Below, one piece after another: positions 1-18,620 of a DNA stretch of 64,000 nt. Below the pieces are notes generated by a model. That model saw only the letters and a list, made by a program, of their open reading frames with translations. It did not search any database and was not told where the DNA came from. This DNA is from the human T2T-CHM13v2.0 reference genome, Homo sapiens: NCBI RefSeq assembly GCF_009914755.1, contig NC_060926.1; one strand, given 5' to 3'. The position numbers and the translations under genes were made by a program. Every line of letters starts with the position of its first letter. Position 1 is the first letter of the stretch.

Positions 1-240
1 CTTCCCATTAGAGCGCTCAGTGATCATAGAAGCTGCGCGATTGTTTGTTTTGCTTCACTGTTTGTTGTTGTTGCTGTTTGTTTCTGTTTTGTTGTTGTTT
101 CATTCTTTTTCCCATTGGGTTTGATCAGCTCTACCTGACTTGATAAAATCCTAAAGAAGTTCCAAATTATGGGAAACAAGGCCTCTGGAGTGGCTAAATT
201 TCCCGTCCCTCCCCACCAACACACACACACACACGAAAAG

Positions 241-543
241 GGCCGGGCACAGTGGCTCACACCTGTAATCCCAGCACTTTGGGAGGCCGAGGTGGGCAGA
301 TCATGAAGTCAGGAGTTCCAGACTAGCCTGACCAACGTGGTGAAACCCCGTCTCTACTAAAAATACAAAAATTAGCTGGGCGCAGTGGCGCACACCTGTA
401 ATTCCAGCTATTCAGGAGGCTGAGGCAGGAGAATTGCTTGAACCCAGGAGGCAGAGGTTGCAGTGAGCCGAGATTGCACCACTACACTTCAGCCTGGGTG
501 ACAGAGTAAGACTGTCATGGAAAAAAAAAAAAAAAAAAAAAAA
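241..543 (+). mobile_element. Alu (S-type)
   Basis: GGCCGGGCACAGTGGCTCAC start, dimeric structure, poly(A) tail. Confidence 0.95.
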
Positions 544-1219
544 GGTTGTCTGGTGGGGGGAGAAAAAAGGCCAGTAAAAGGAGAAAAGAAAGATGAAAGA
601 TTTTGTATTTTGACTGCTAAGGGGCTTGATTTACATAAACAAGGCCACTTTTGCTAGCCAGGCAAAACTGAAAGAGCAATGGCTGTACTTCTGAAACAGC
701 AGCATTTTTTTCCAGCTGAAATACGGTAATGAGATTTAAAAAGATTTTTTTAAAGGAGCTCAATGGTTAAAAGTCAGCTTAATTAAAAGCTAACATCCAA
801 GGGGTGTGTGTGTGTGTGTATTTAACTTTCATGTTTTTGTTTTTGTTTTTCTCCTAGGACCTTGTCTTTTTTTTTTGAGCAAAAGTTTTTTTCTTCTCAG
901 TTGACTGAATTCTGTTTTCTTCATTTACTTCTGCTGTCTCTCCTTTCTCCTTCACCCTCTGCTGCATGAGGGACCTAAAATAGTTTATAGTAGCCTGGGG
1001 TTTCTTAAAGAAAATGAAGAAGGCACTAGACTCCTTTTGGGGGAGAAATCTGTTTTTCCTTATGGAACCCCAAGAATGTAAAAAGATAAATGGTCTCAGC
1101 TGTTAAACTGCTTACTTTTATATTGTGTTATCCTTTTTTTTTTTTTTTTTTTTTACTAAAATAGTTATTGTAACTGAGGTTACTCTTACTCTTGAGTTTT
1201 TAAGGAAGAGTGTGGTTTT

Positions 1220-1252
1220 ATCGCTTCTGGGCCTTTGGCTAAGATCAAATGT
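1220..1252 (+). pseudogene. 3'-truncated (tailless) U2 snRNA retropseudogene
   Basis: ATCGCTTCTGGGCCTTTGGCTAAGATCAAATGT is close to the U2 5' end; flanked by a 15-bp direct repeat GGAAGAGTGTGGTTT (1204-1218, 1253-1267). Confidence 0.9.
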
Positions 1253-1506
1253 GGAAGAGTGTGGTTTAGATACTTAGAAATGTCTTTGTTTAAAAAAAAC
1301 TTTTTTTAAAGTGCACTGTAAAAGCATCACGTGGTCTAAGCTCATAATAATTCTCCCTTTTTGGAGACCCAGGATTCGGTGTGGGCTTTGCCCAGAGCTC
1401 AGAGATCTAGTTAAAAGATAGGTGGTCCCTATCTAAATAAAATTGGTATCCTTATACAATCCTGTGATAGATTTCTGTAATTTTATGTTTGACTTGGCAT
1501 CCATCT

Positions 1507-2628
<1,122 letters not shown>

Positions 2629-3606
2629 CTAAGATAGGAAAAAAAAGTTGCTATGAATCTATAAGATGCACTTCTATTAGCATGCCTAAGACGTCTATCT
2701 ATGTGTTGTGTACACAATGTTTCACTGCTGAAAATATAAAAAGGGGCTCTAATTAACTAAACTAAGTGCCTCTCAAAGTTAGTTCAGCCTATGAACAAGG
2801 AGAGCTTGGAGGTTAGAAGCAAGATGGAATCAGTTAGGTCAAATCATTTTCACTGTCTCAGTTATAATTTTGCAATGGTGGTTCCATAACTTTAAATAAT
2901 GACAATCACAATTTTTAGAAATAATCTAAGTAAATGATTAAAATAATTATGTAAATGCAATAGGATAAATACTTGTAGACAAACTTGTCATAATTTAGAA
3001 TCTAAAGTTAAATTAAATAATAGATATTTCATTATTTGGGTACTTTCCAATAAAAATATATTTGTAGGAAAACATTCTTTCTAAAAAAAAAGGTGTGTCC
3101 TTTTAAAAAAAGTGAACCATTTTATCTAATTTAAGGCTTATTTAAAGGTCATGTATAAAACAAGGTAAAAGGAAGCAGGAAATAAAAGAGATGTAAAGAA
3201 AGTCATAAAAACAAAGAGGTTTTTTGTGGTAAGAAAGCTTAAAGAGACATAATTTCATATGAGAAAGACTTGTATGGTAAATTTAGTTGTAGAGTAAAAT
3301 GACTGGTTGTTGAAGAAGGAGGGATGTTCAGGACAAACCAGAAAGTCTAAGCATAGCATGAATGGTCTGTGTAAGTCACAATAAGAGGATTTATTTAAAA
3401 AAAAAAACCCAAAAACTTTTATATGATCAAGTTATCACATTATTATTAAGTTTTCGGTTGCTTAGGAAAAAAACTGAGATTAAATTTTTTCAAAAGTTAA
3501 GGTTATTACATCTGTGTATCTCTCTGTATGTGCTTTTAATGTCCTTGTGACATTAAGTTACAGGGCTTTGACTCCTGGGTCTAAAAAGGACACTAGGTCC
3601 TGCTAA

Positions 3607-7165
<3,559 letters not shown>

Positions 7166-7845
7166 AATTATTCTTGCTGCACTGTATACAAATAATTAGG
7201 CCAAGTATAATAAAGCAAATCAGTCTTACCATGATTTGTCTTTAGTAAAAAGGGGAAACTGGAGAGAGAAAAATTATGTTTTGAAAACTATAGTATACCT
7301 GATGTTAGATTCTAGTCTTGCCTAATGTTTTTCAATTTTTATTATTTTTCTGTGATTTGGACTGAATTCTAATTTTTCTTGACTACAAGTCTTCAAAATA
7401 ATGTTTTCAATTTTTTTACTTCTTTTTTTGTTTGTTTTTCCTAACTTGGAGTCACTGAAAGCTGAGCTGTGCTTTCTTAAAGCCCTGAAAACTGAAGCCT
7501 GACAACTTAAACTTCAGAAGAAAATGTCAGCAACCAATTTACGTACCTAAGCCACTTTCATACTTGCCTACTGATGTGTGAACTTCAGAGTAATGTGGTC
7601 TATATCGATTTTCCAGGATTGCTCTTCTGTTGGTTGTTGTTTTTCTCCCTTCCTCCCCCTATTTTCTCTTTGTGAGACATGAGACTTCACAGCTTTCTAA
7701 AACTGAACTTCCCTAATAACTTGGGATCTACCCGTCTAGGAATAAACCATCCTAGCCATGAGACATCAGACAAAACCTGGGACCAGAGACTCAATTTCTT
7801 CTAAAATGCTTTCTCCAAAAGATTTTAAAAAAGAAAAGGGGGAAA

Positions 7846-8314
7846 TGTGAAAGGAAAATATCTTGGGCCCCCAAAATCACTAGGCTAAAGGGAAAAATCA
7901 AGGTAGGAACTGCTTAGGGCAAGCCTGCCCCCCATTCGATGCAAAGTTACCCCTCTGCTCACTGGCATAAATGCATATCTGATTGCCTCCTTTGGAGAGG
8001 CTAATCAGAAACTCAAAAGAATGTAACCATTTGTCTCTTATCTACCTGTGACCTGGAAGCCCCCTTCCCACTTTGAGTCTTCCCACCTTTGCTTGGAGTT
8101 GTCTCACCTTTCCAGACAGAACCAATGTTTATCTTACATATATTGATCGGTGTCTCATGTCTCCCTAAAATGTATAAAGCCGAGCTGTGCTCTTACGACT
8201 TTGGGCACATGTCATCAGGACCTCCTGAGGCTGTGTCACGGGCACACGTCCTCAACCTTGGCAAAACAAACTTTTAAATTAACTGAGACCTGTCTCGAAT
8301 TTTCAAGGTTCACA
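7846..8314 (+). mobile_element. MER4A1-like 3' LTR
   Basis: TGTGAAAGGAAAATATCTTGGGCCCCCAAAATCAC...GGTTCACA with TG...CA ends after a PPT; resembles the MER4A1 consensus; poly(A) signal reads AACAAA. Confidence 0.85.
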
Positions 8315-8592
8315 ACCTCACGCAGAAAGCACAGATTCTGATTCCAGCCAAAGTTCATCAGGCTGAGTGAGCTTCCAGGGGGTCACAGAGAACAGAATCC
8401 ACCCCACTCTACCCCTCCACCATCAGCCAACAAAGACAGGATCTCCACTGCCTCTGCTGTGAGGCCCTCCTGCCCACTCAGTGGCCAGGACGTGCTTTCT
8501 TGAGTCTATCTAGGATCCCTTCAGCTGCAGTTTGGAGCTGTGCTCCTCTGCTGTTTGCCCTTTCTCTGCCCCAGCCCTCCAGACAGAATTTA

Positions 8593-8742
<150 letters not shown>

Positions 8743-9063
8743 TCATGGAGACCTTAGCGCCCCCAACATCCTGGGCATCCCCAGCTGACCCCCGGGCAGC
8801 AAAGGGGTACTGCTTGTCTACCCTGGGCCCTCTTCTCTGCCCAGCCTCTACACCAGGGAACCAGAGGGAATGTTGGACTGTGCTGAGGATGGGGCAGCCT
8901 GGAAGAGGAAGGATGGGGAAGGGGCAGGTTGGCAGGGGAAGGTGTGGGAGAGCAGGAAAAGGTAGGGAGGACAAGACCTCAGCCAGGGCCAGGATGAGTG
9001 GACAGGGCGGATTCCAGCTGTGGCCGCCTTTCTCTTCCCCACCCTGCTGGGATCCGGCCTCAC

Positions 9064-9147
9064 CTCTCCCTGCCGAATGACCACATCCCGGTGTTTCCCT
9101 TGCTCCAGGACTCGGAGAACCATGTCTCCCTCCAGCTGGTAAAATAC
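9064..9147 (-). CDS. HAAO: HAAO coding exon 3 (84 nt, [28 protein letters not shown])
   Basis: Polypyrimidine tract plus CAG acceptor, donor GTGAGG at 9063-9058, matches HAAO residues 54-81. Confidence 0.98.
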
Positions 9148-9792
9148 CTGTGGGACAGGAGAGAGGCTTGGACCCTCCGCACTTTCTCTTCCAGGTCCTT
9201 GGCCACTGCCCAGGCCCTGAATTCTGACCGGGAAACCTGAGAAACTTTCTGAAGGCCTTGGAGTTGATGGGCAGCTCCGTCACTTCTGTCCTGAGGCCTG
9301 TCTCCCCGGTGCATGCCATGGAGTGCCGGGGACACATGGGATCATGTCTTGGACATGCAAGTGATGACCAGAGTACCCAGGATGCAACAGTGGTTGCCTG
9401 GCTGGCGGGCAGGAACTGGATGAAATGCTCACTGGGGAACTGAATGACCCAGCAGTCAGGTAGGGAACCCACCCATTTACTGGGTGCCAGGGGCTGTGCC
9501 AGGCACTTTTCCACCAGAAACCTTCACAGCAACCTCCAAAGGTATCATTAACCCCAATCAGCAGAAAACAAAGAAAGAAAACCAAGGCTCAGAGGGTAAA
9601 ACAGCTGGCCTAAGGTCACATAGCTGGTTAGTCTCCAGCTGGAGCCGCAGCTTGGATCCAAGGCCGTATGTGGCTCTGGAGCCACTGGCCAGAGTGACAC
9701 CTTGGCAAGGGGTGGGGCTGTGGAGGTTGCTGGCAGCCTGGGATGGGTTAGGGGCTGTGGGGGATGGGAGCATATGCCTCTTGTGCTCTCCT

Positions 9793-9825
9793 GGGGGTGG
9801 GGGGAGGTGGGGGGGGCGGGGGGGG
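9793..9825 (+). other. G-run cluster, putative G-quadruplex, in HAAO intron 2
   Basis: Four runs of 5-8 G with short loops. Confidence 0.6.
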
Positions 9826-10862
9826 TTCCTACTGCATTTTTCCGATTCCATCCTAAGTCCCTAATTTACTGAGATCACCCCATGGAACTGGGAGGAAGAG
9901 GAGGAGGCAGACCGGTTTTCTCTCCACCAGTCACACATTGCCTGGGTGTTAAAAGCCCCAGCCAAATACTTGAAGGAATGTTATCAACAGCATCTACTAA
10001 GAGAAACCAAGCTGACCTCGAGGGACCTAGAGAGATGTGGCTCTGCAGTCTGCCACTAGGCACAAATAGTCACCACCCTTCTGAAGGGCAACTTGGCCAT
10101 GGGCGTGAAGTGCCTTGGCAGTTCACACCCCTGGAGGGACTGTGGGGTTTATTGGGATGCAGGACCCTTAGTGCTAAAACTGGGAAAGTTCTAGGTGAAT
10201 CCAGATAGCTGGTCACCACACAACCTTGACCTCAGTAATTCTACCTCAGGAATGAGACCTCAGTTCATCAGAGACATACCTGCCTAGTGGTGTACATTCA
10301 AGGCTGTTTTCAATGCAGTGCATAGTTAAAAGCCCTCAGCTCTGCCAGGGTGCTGTGTGCCCTTGGTCAATTCAGTTAGCCTTTCTGTACCTCAGTTTCC
10401 TCATCTACATAATGACAGTTATCTACTCAAAATGTAGCTGTGAAGATGCCAGGGATGCTTTACACATATGTGCTCAGCGCATAGTAAGCCCTCAGTAAGC
10501 CTCTAGCTATTAGTATTGATGATGGTAAGAATGACAAAAGTAATGCTAATATAATTATAGGAGAAATGTAAATATTTGATGGTAGATTCAAAATATGGAA
10601 CATTATGCAGCCATTAAAAACTACGTTTTTGAATAGCTGTTAATAAAATGGGAAAATGGAAAATGCTAAAGTTACGTTAAAGATTCAAAACTATACCCAG
10701 CAGGGCTTTAGTTTGTAGCAATACAAATATAACAGAGGCAGCCTGTTCACAGCGGCCCTCTGCGTGGTAGGATTATGAATGAGGTAAGGATTTTTCTTTC
10801 TATATTTCTCATATTTTCTACAAGGAACAATGTTTACTTTCCTTATTAAAAAAAAACCCATA

Positions 10863-11163
10863 GGCCGGATGTGGAGGCTTATGCCTGTAATCCTAGCACT
10901 TTGGGAGATGGGAGGATCACTTGAGGCCAGGAGTGGAGACCATTCTGGGCAACATGGTGAGACCCCATCTCTACAAAAACTAGAAGAAATTAGCTGAGTA
11001 TGGTGATGTGTGCCTGTAGTCCTAACTATCTGGGAGCCTGAGGTGGGAGGATCACTTGAGCCCCAGAAGTTGAGGCTGCACTGAGCTATGATTGCACCAC
11101 TGTACTCCAGCCTGGGTGACAGAGTGAGACCCCCATCTCTAAAAAACAAAAACAAACACAAAC
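10863..11163 (+). mobile_element. Alu (older J/S type)
   Basis: Alu consensus with A/CAAA tail. Confidence 0.9.
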
Positions 11164-11283
11164 ATGAACAAACAAAAACCCCATAAGCATTATTTAATAC
11201 AAATAATAAGAAACCTACCAGGTTCTCTTATAGGGAGCATTTCAGTATGCTCTCCTCCCCCACTCTCCAAGCTGGGAGGAAGC

Positions 11284-11286
<3 letters not shown>

Positions 11287-11325
<39 letters not shown>
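11287..11325 (+). repeat. (TG)n microsatellite
   Basis: About 19 TG units. Confidence 0.95.
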
Positions 11326-11326
<1 letters not shown>

Positions 11327-13693
11327 TAGGGACCTTTCACAGTGAGGGAAGGGAGGAGGGACAAAGGAAAAGTTGGGAGAGGGGAGTCCGGAGTGACCCT
11401 CTGGGCCAGATTTAAACCCTTACTGCCTTACTGGGCAGGCTATACGATATTTTCTCTATTTTCTCGCTCTTGTCCCCTGCTCAGAGGTCTTCCCTGTGAT
11501 GAGGGGCAGGCCTGGCCTGGGGCAGAGGTACAGATCACTGAACAGCAGAAAATCCTGAACAGCTGTGGGCAATCCTAAAGGAATTATGCTCAGTTTGGAA
11601 GTAAATGATGTTTGGGAGCCTGGGGCTGGCTAGAAGATTAACTGTACTGGCTCAGGCAGATAATGAATAGAATCTGGCTTTCTGACCTGGAAAGGCCTTT
11701 CAGGCAGGCCAGGCAGAAAGGGCGAGAGGTGTAGAGGAACAATGCATATCAAGCACCAACTCTGCACCAGGCTGTGTGCACATACTCTATGCACATTGAA
11801 TTCTTCCACCAGACAGGGGCTGTTGTCCCCATGTGCTTATGGAAACAGGCTTGGAGAGGTGACATGATGTGCCCTGTCCAAGATCCTGGGGTTAGTAAGC
11901 GGCAGAGAATTCCCCCAATGCAAGTTCATCTGCCTCTGGCCCCCCTGCACCTGCACGCTCCAAGAAAGGAGTGAGGTAGGTGGAGTATAGGTGGTAGGTG
12001 GCGCTGGGGAGTGGGGAGCCGGGCCAGGGAGCTGGAGGTACCCTGACCGCTATTGCAGAGGCAGAGCTCAGTGAGGAGGAAAGTGTGGTTTGGTAAGAGG
12101 TGTGATTTGAACCCAGGTCTGAGCAACTCCCCTTTTCTCACTATTCAGGAGGAGCCCGGACCCTGAGTTACGCCACTTCCACAGCGCATCCTGGAGTCTC
12201 CCCAGGCTCCAGCTGGGTGAGGATAGGCAGGGACAGAGAGGAGGCCGACCCTCAGCCCTGAGGCTGCCCAAGTGCTGCACCACCCCGCCACCAAAACCTC
12301 AGCAGGGTGGGACCAAGCCCTGTCACAAGCCCACCTCCAGCCAGATTCCTCCCAGACACCTGGGCGTCCCTCCAGAGTGAGGACACCTGTGCTGGCCAGC
12401 TCTTCTTATCACTCAATCACTCAGCTGCCATCTGAGTCAGGACGTGAGCTGCTGGCCAGGCCCCTCAGGGGACACTCAGGCACCTGAGCTTGGAGAAACC
12501 ATGGGATGGGGCATGGAGCAGAGGCAGCAGGGGGCGAGAAGGGAAGCAAAGACAGAGGGAGACAGGAGAGGCGGGTGCTGAGACCAGGGCCAACAGAGAA
12601 GGCAGAAGCCTCTGGAAGACTCCGCAGCCAGCTGTGCCTCCCATGCCATAGCCATGCCAGGTCTACCCACCTCCTCAGTATAGTTTTAGATTTTCCTATT
12701 GACTTTTTCCACCAAGGAAACGGTCTCCAGTGAGGTGTGTTTGTGAGAAGGGGGTGGCCAGGGGAGGTGCAGGGCCCCTGGAGCGTGAGAGGTGAGGAGT
12801 TGGCTGGTTCTGCTGGCCCAGGGCCCATCGTTCCTCCACACAGCCTTGGGTGTCCCAGTGCACACATGAGGTGCTCAGCAAATATTTATTGAACAAGTGA
12901 TTCTCCCATGCTCACCACAGTCCCTGGCTGTGGCCTGGATGCCCTCAGTGGGGACAGAGGCTGTTGATCAAGCTGGACTCTGGATCCTGAACCCCCAGAA
13001 TGAGGCTCCCTGAGAGGATGGGGAGCCCCTCTACTGATCCTTTTCCACCAGAGGAGATTCTGTGTCTCTCCTTAAGGGGACACACCTTTCTCTTTAAATT
13101 TTGCTTTTGTTTATTTATTTTGGGGTAGGTAGTAGAGAAGCACAGTCCAAACTTCAAGGTGCAAAAGGTGATTCAAGGCAAATTCCCCCTCCCACCTGCC
13201 CCAGCCACAAGCCACGAATGGGTTTTGCAGCCTCTAGTTAAGGAAGGGCCACCCTGCCCCAACTCCTCCTTCAGCTCCAGGCACCTCCCTACCATGCCTA
13301 CCCCTCAGCCACTAGCTCCTCCTCCCTCAGCCCCTCGAGCTCCCTCTGCCACCCACTCAGCCCAGCCCTCACCCACGGTGTTTTTGCACTTTGCCCCCGT
13401 CTGCGGGGGAGGATCTCATTTTGGAGACCAATTGAATCTGTCAAGTTTGTGGGGAGGGGACCAGGACGTCCCCCTTCACAAGGCCAGCCCCTATATCCAG
13501 GGGGAGGATGCCCCACGGCTAAAACCTCTCACCCGCAGGGCATGGGCTGTTTCCTGGGGCTCCCCCAGCAGAGGTGCTAGCTGTGGAGGCGTCACTGCCT
13601 GACCACCAGCTTGGAGGCAGCAGTCGTGCCCTGTGATTTCAGCTGTGCCCCCTCCACTCATCAGCCACATGTCCACCCCTCTCCAGTCCATCA

Positions 13694-14008
<315 letters not shown>

Positions 14009-14552
14009 TCATCCCCAGTTCATGCCTGCGTGCATCTAAGTGTCTATGTGTCTGGGATCGTGTCTGTGTGTCTGTCTGTCATTGTTTGTGTGTCCCCCCA
14101 CATCGTCTGACCCAACAAGGGGAATGATGTGGTGGTGAATCTATGGCTTCATCAACCAGGATCACAGGATCAAGATCTCAAATTACAGGAGAGTAGCAAA
14201 TTGAAGACCCCTTCCCAGGATGGGGCAGTGTAGGGGCAAAACGACCTTGACCTGCCACTCACCCATGCTGTCTGACTATAGGACCCTGCACTCTCCCCTG
14301 GCTGGAGGCATGGCTCAGTGGATGCAGGAGACCGTGACATCTAGCAGGGGCCTCAGGCGGTGTCAAGTCAGTGTGGCATGTGTTTATAAGCACAGGCCCT
14401 GGGGCATGTTACTAACCTTATCTGTAAAATAGAGGAACAGTTCTTACCTCACAGAGTTTAAACAGAATACATGAATTAATATTTGGAAGCTCTCAGAATG
14501 GTGCCTAGCATATAGTAAGCACTATTTAAGTATTTGATAAAATAAATAAACC

Positions 14553-14842
14553 CGGCCGGGCGTGGTGGCTCATGCCTGTAATCCCAGCACTTTGAGAGGC
14601 AGAGGCGGATGTATTGCTTGAGGCCACTAGCCTGGCCAACATGGTGAAACCCTGTCTCTACTAAAAATACAAAAATTAGCCAGGCCTGGTGGTGGGCACC
14701 TGTAATCCCCGCTACCTGGGAGGCTGAAGCACGAGAATCGCTTGAACCTGAGAGGTGAGGTTGCAGTGAGCTGAGATTGCGCTACTGCACTCCAGCCTGG
14801 GTAACAGGGGGAGACTCTGTCTTAAATAAATAAATAAATAAA
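14553..14842 (+). mobile_element. Alu with (TAAA)n tail next to a MIR remnant
   Basis: Alu consensus; MIR-like core at about 14410-14550. Confidence 0.9.
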
Positions 14843-15623
14843 CTCAATACAACCCTCTCATTTTACAGCCGATTTAGCCAGCCAAGAGAGGGTCACAAAG
14901 CCAGGGAATGACTGAACCTGAGCCAGGTCTCAGGCTCCTTGACTCCCATGCTGGCGTTGGGTCTGTGGGGCATCTAGTCAGCTGTTTGGAACAAAAGGGT
15001 TCCCAAACTCCTCAGTCTTTCTGCTGTTGGTGTGGTGTTACCTTTTTATGCGAAAAATACCTCAGCACCTCCTGAGAACAGCCTGCCCCATCCCCACAGC
15101 AGGGTCCCCTTTCAGGGTGCAGACACTGGGGTGAATAAGCAGCAGAATGTGTCTGCGTAGGGCTTCAGGGTGTTCTCAGGTGGCCCTGCCACAGAGGGCA
15201 GGGGCGAGGGCTTTCCTCTGGGAAGGGGAGGCGCTGGGTCTGGGACCATTTGTACACACAGGGCACAGCAGCCTAGAGGCTGCCTGCATGGATGACGATG
15301 GTGTGGATGGCAGGGGAGGGGCTATGGGGGAGGTCTGAGCCCCCAAACTAGACTGGCAGGTCCTTTCTGAGTGTCCTGTCCTGTGGGCTGCTTTCCAGCC
15401 CAGCTGGGAGGCATGGAGGCAAGACGGAAGAGCCAGTCTCTTTCCTTTTCCTTCCCTTTTGGGAGGCTGGGCCCAATAAACCGGAAACACACGTGTGGAC
15501 CTGATGTTTGGAAAGGTGGATGAGGTCGCAGGGCAGGAGAAGGCTGTCATGAACAGTCCATGCTTAAAGAACTTAAAGCTGCGTAGAGCTTCAAGGAGGG
15601 GAGGGAAGCCGCGAGGAACTTGA

Positions 15624-16076
<453 letters not shown>

Positions 16077-16262
16077 TGAAAGTTGTTTTTTAAAATCAAC
16101 TTCACTGAGATGTAATTTAGGTACATACAGACAATTCTTAAACAACTCCACTCAAGAACTCTTTCAACCCATCAGTCAGAATGCATAAACCCGACCTGCC
16201 CCTCCTCTGCCCAGAACTCTTCAGCAGCTTCTCACCTTGCTTGCTTCAGCAGCTTCTCACCT

Positions 16263-16570
16263 TGCTGAATAGTAACCCCTCCTGTAAAATTTATATGTTG
16301 AAGTCCTAACGCCCAGTACTGCAGAATGTGACCTTATTTGGAATAGGGTCCTTGAGATGTAGTTAGGTTAGGATGAGGTCATCCTGGAGTAGGGTGAGCC
16401 CCTGATCCAATATGTCTGGTGTTCTTTTAAAAGAGGGAAATTTGGACACAGACACACACACAAGGAGACTGCCTTGTGAAGACGAAGGTGGAGGTGGGCG
16501 TGGTACAGCAGAAGCAAGAATACCAATGATGCCAGCAAACCACCAAATGCTAGGGAGAGGCCCGGGCAGA
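16263..16570 (+). mobile_element. MLT1B-like MaLR LTR fragment in HAAO intron 1
   Basis: TATATGTTGAAGTCCTAAC...GAATGTGACCTTATTTGGAATAGGGTC...GATGAGGTCATCCTGGAGTAGGG, typical of MLT1A/B/C. Confidence 0.75.
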
Positions 16571-17163
16571 TGGACGCGAGACCTCAGGGGGAGCGAAGGG
16601 AGGACTGAGAAGGAGCGACTGCAGATGGGGATGAAGTGGTGGAAGGAGGCAAAGATGATGCTACATCTTTAATTGGGGGTGGGCAACAACAGTGATAGAA
16701 GAGATCTTTGGGGAGATATTGACTGTTGGCCATGTGGTATTGCATGGTGACCAAGAGTGTGCGTGGACTCTGGAGTCGAACTGCTCCGTGGGTTGAGTCT
16801 GGAGCCTATCGCACAGGCGCTCCGTGACACTAGAAAAGTTACTTATGAAAATCCCCCCTCACGGTGCTACTGTGAGAATGAGATGAGATGATGTAAAAAC
16901 ACTTGGCATAGTCCTGGGCCTGCTGTTTGCCTTGAGGTGCCACCCTACTGACCATGTCCTGTGGACACAGCAAAAATGGGGAATGTAAACCTTGATCTAG
17001 CTGGCATGTGGGGCCCCGCCGTGGAACTGGGGGGATGAGGGAGGTGACCATACCACAGGGGAGGGCCTGAGAGGTCTGCCTGAGAAAGATGGCAGCTGGA
17101 TGGCCAACCCTGTTGGGTGCTGCAGGCAGAGGCTACTGGCAGAGGTGGCCTAGGGAGGGTCTG

Positions 17164-17190
17164 GTGTGTGTGTGTGTGTGTGTGTGTGTG
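17164..17190 (+). repeat. (GT)n microsatellite
   Basis: About 13 GT units. Confidence 0.95.
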
Positions 17191-17639
17191 TTCGTGCACA
17201 CCTGCATAGAGGGGCCCTGAAAAAAGCAAGACATCAAGATCTTCCCAAAGGAGTGGATTCTCTGCCTCCCCCTTTGCCTGTGGCTTCTGGGACAGGGTTG
17301 GGGTGTATGATTTGGCTGCCCCCAGGCCTACATTCTAGTGCATTTCTGCCTTGAAAACCACCCTCCCCACACTTTTGAGTTTTCCCAAAATGCACAGTGT
17401 CACTTGGGGTTGGAGAATTGTTTCTCAGCCCTGGAAGGAGAGGTGCACCCTGTCATCTCATCTCCTACAGCCTCAGAACCAGCTCAGCCTTCTTCAGAAG
17501 TCAAGGCCACAGTCACAAGAAAGAGGAACAGACCGATGTGGTGGAACCGGAACAGCCTGTCTCCATCTTCCCCCAAGAACCAAGAGATTAAAGCGGTCCT
17601 TCTGCAAGCTTCTGGGTCCAGGAACTCGGAGCTGGAAGG

Positions 17640-18620
<981 letters not shown>

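Noticed and set aside
11991-12006. CTCF-like GTGGTAGGTGGCGCTG
   Set aside because: First four core positions mismatch
16219-16266. 25-bp tandem duplication (a similar 20-bp one is at 58511-58544)
   Set aside because: Simple two-copy slippage, no spacer array or functional signature
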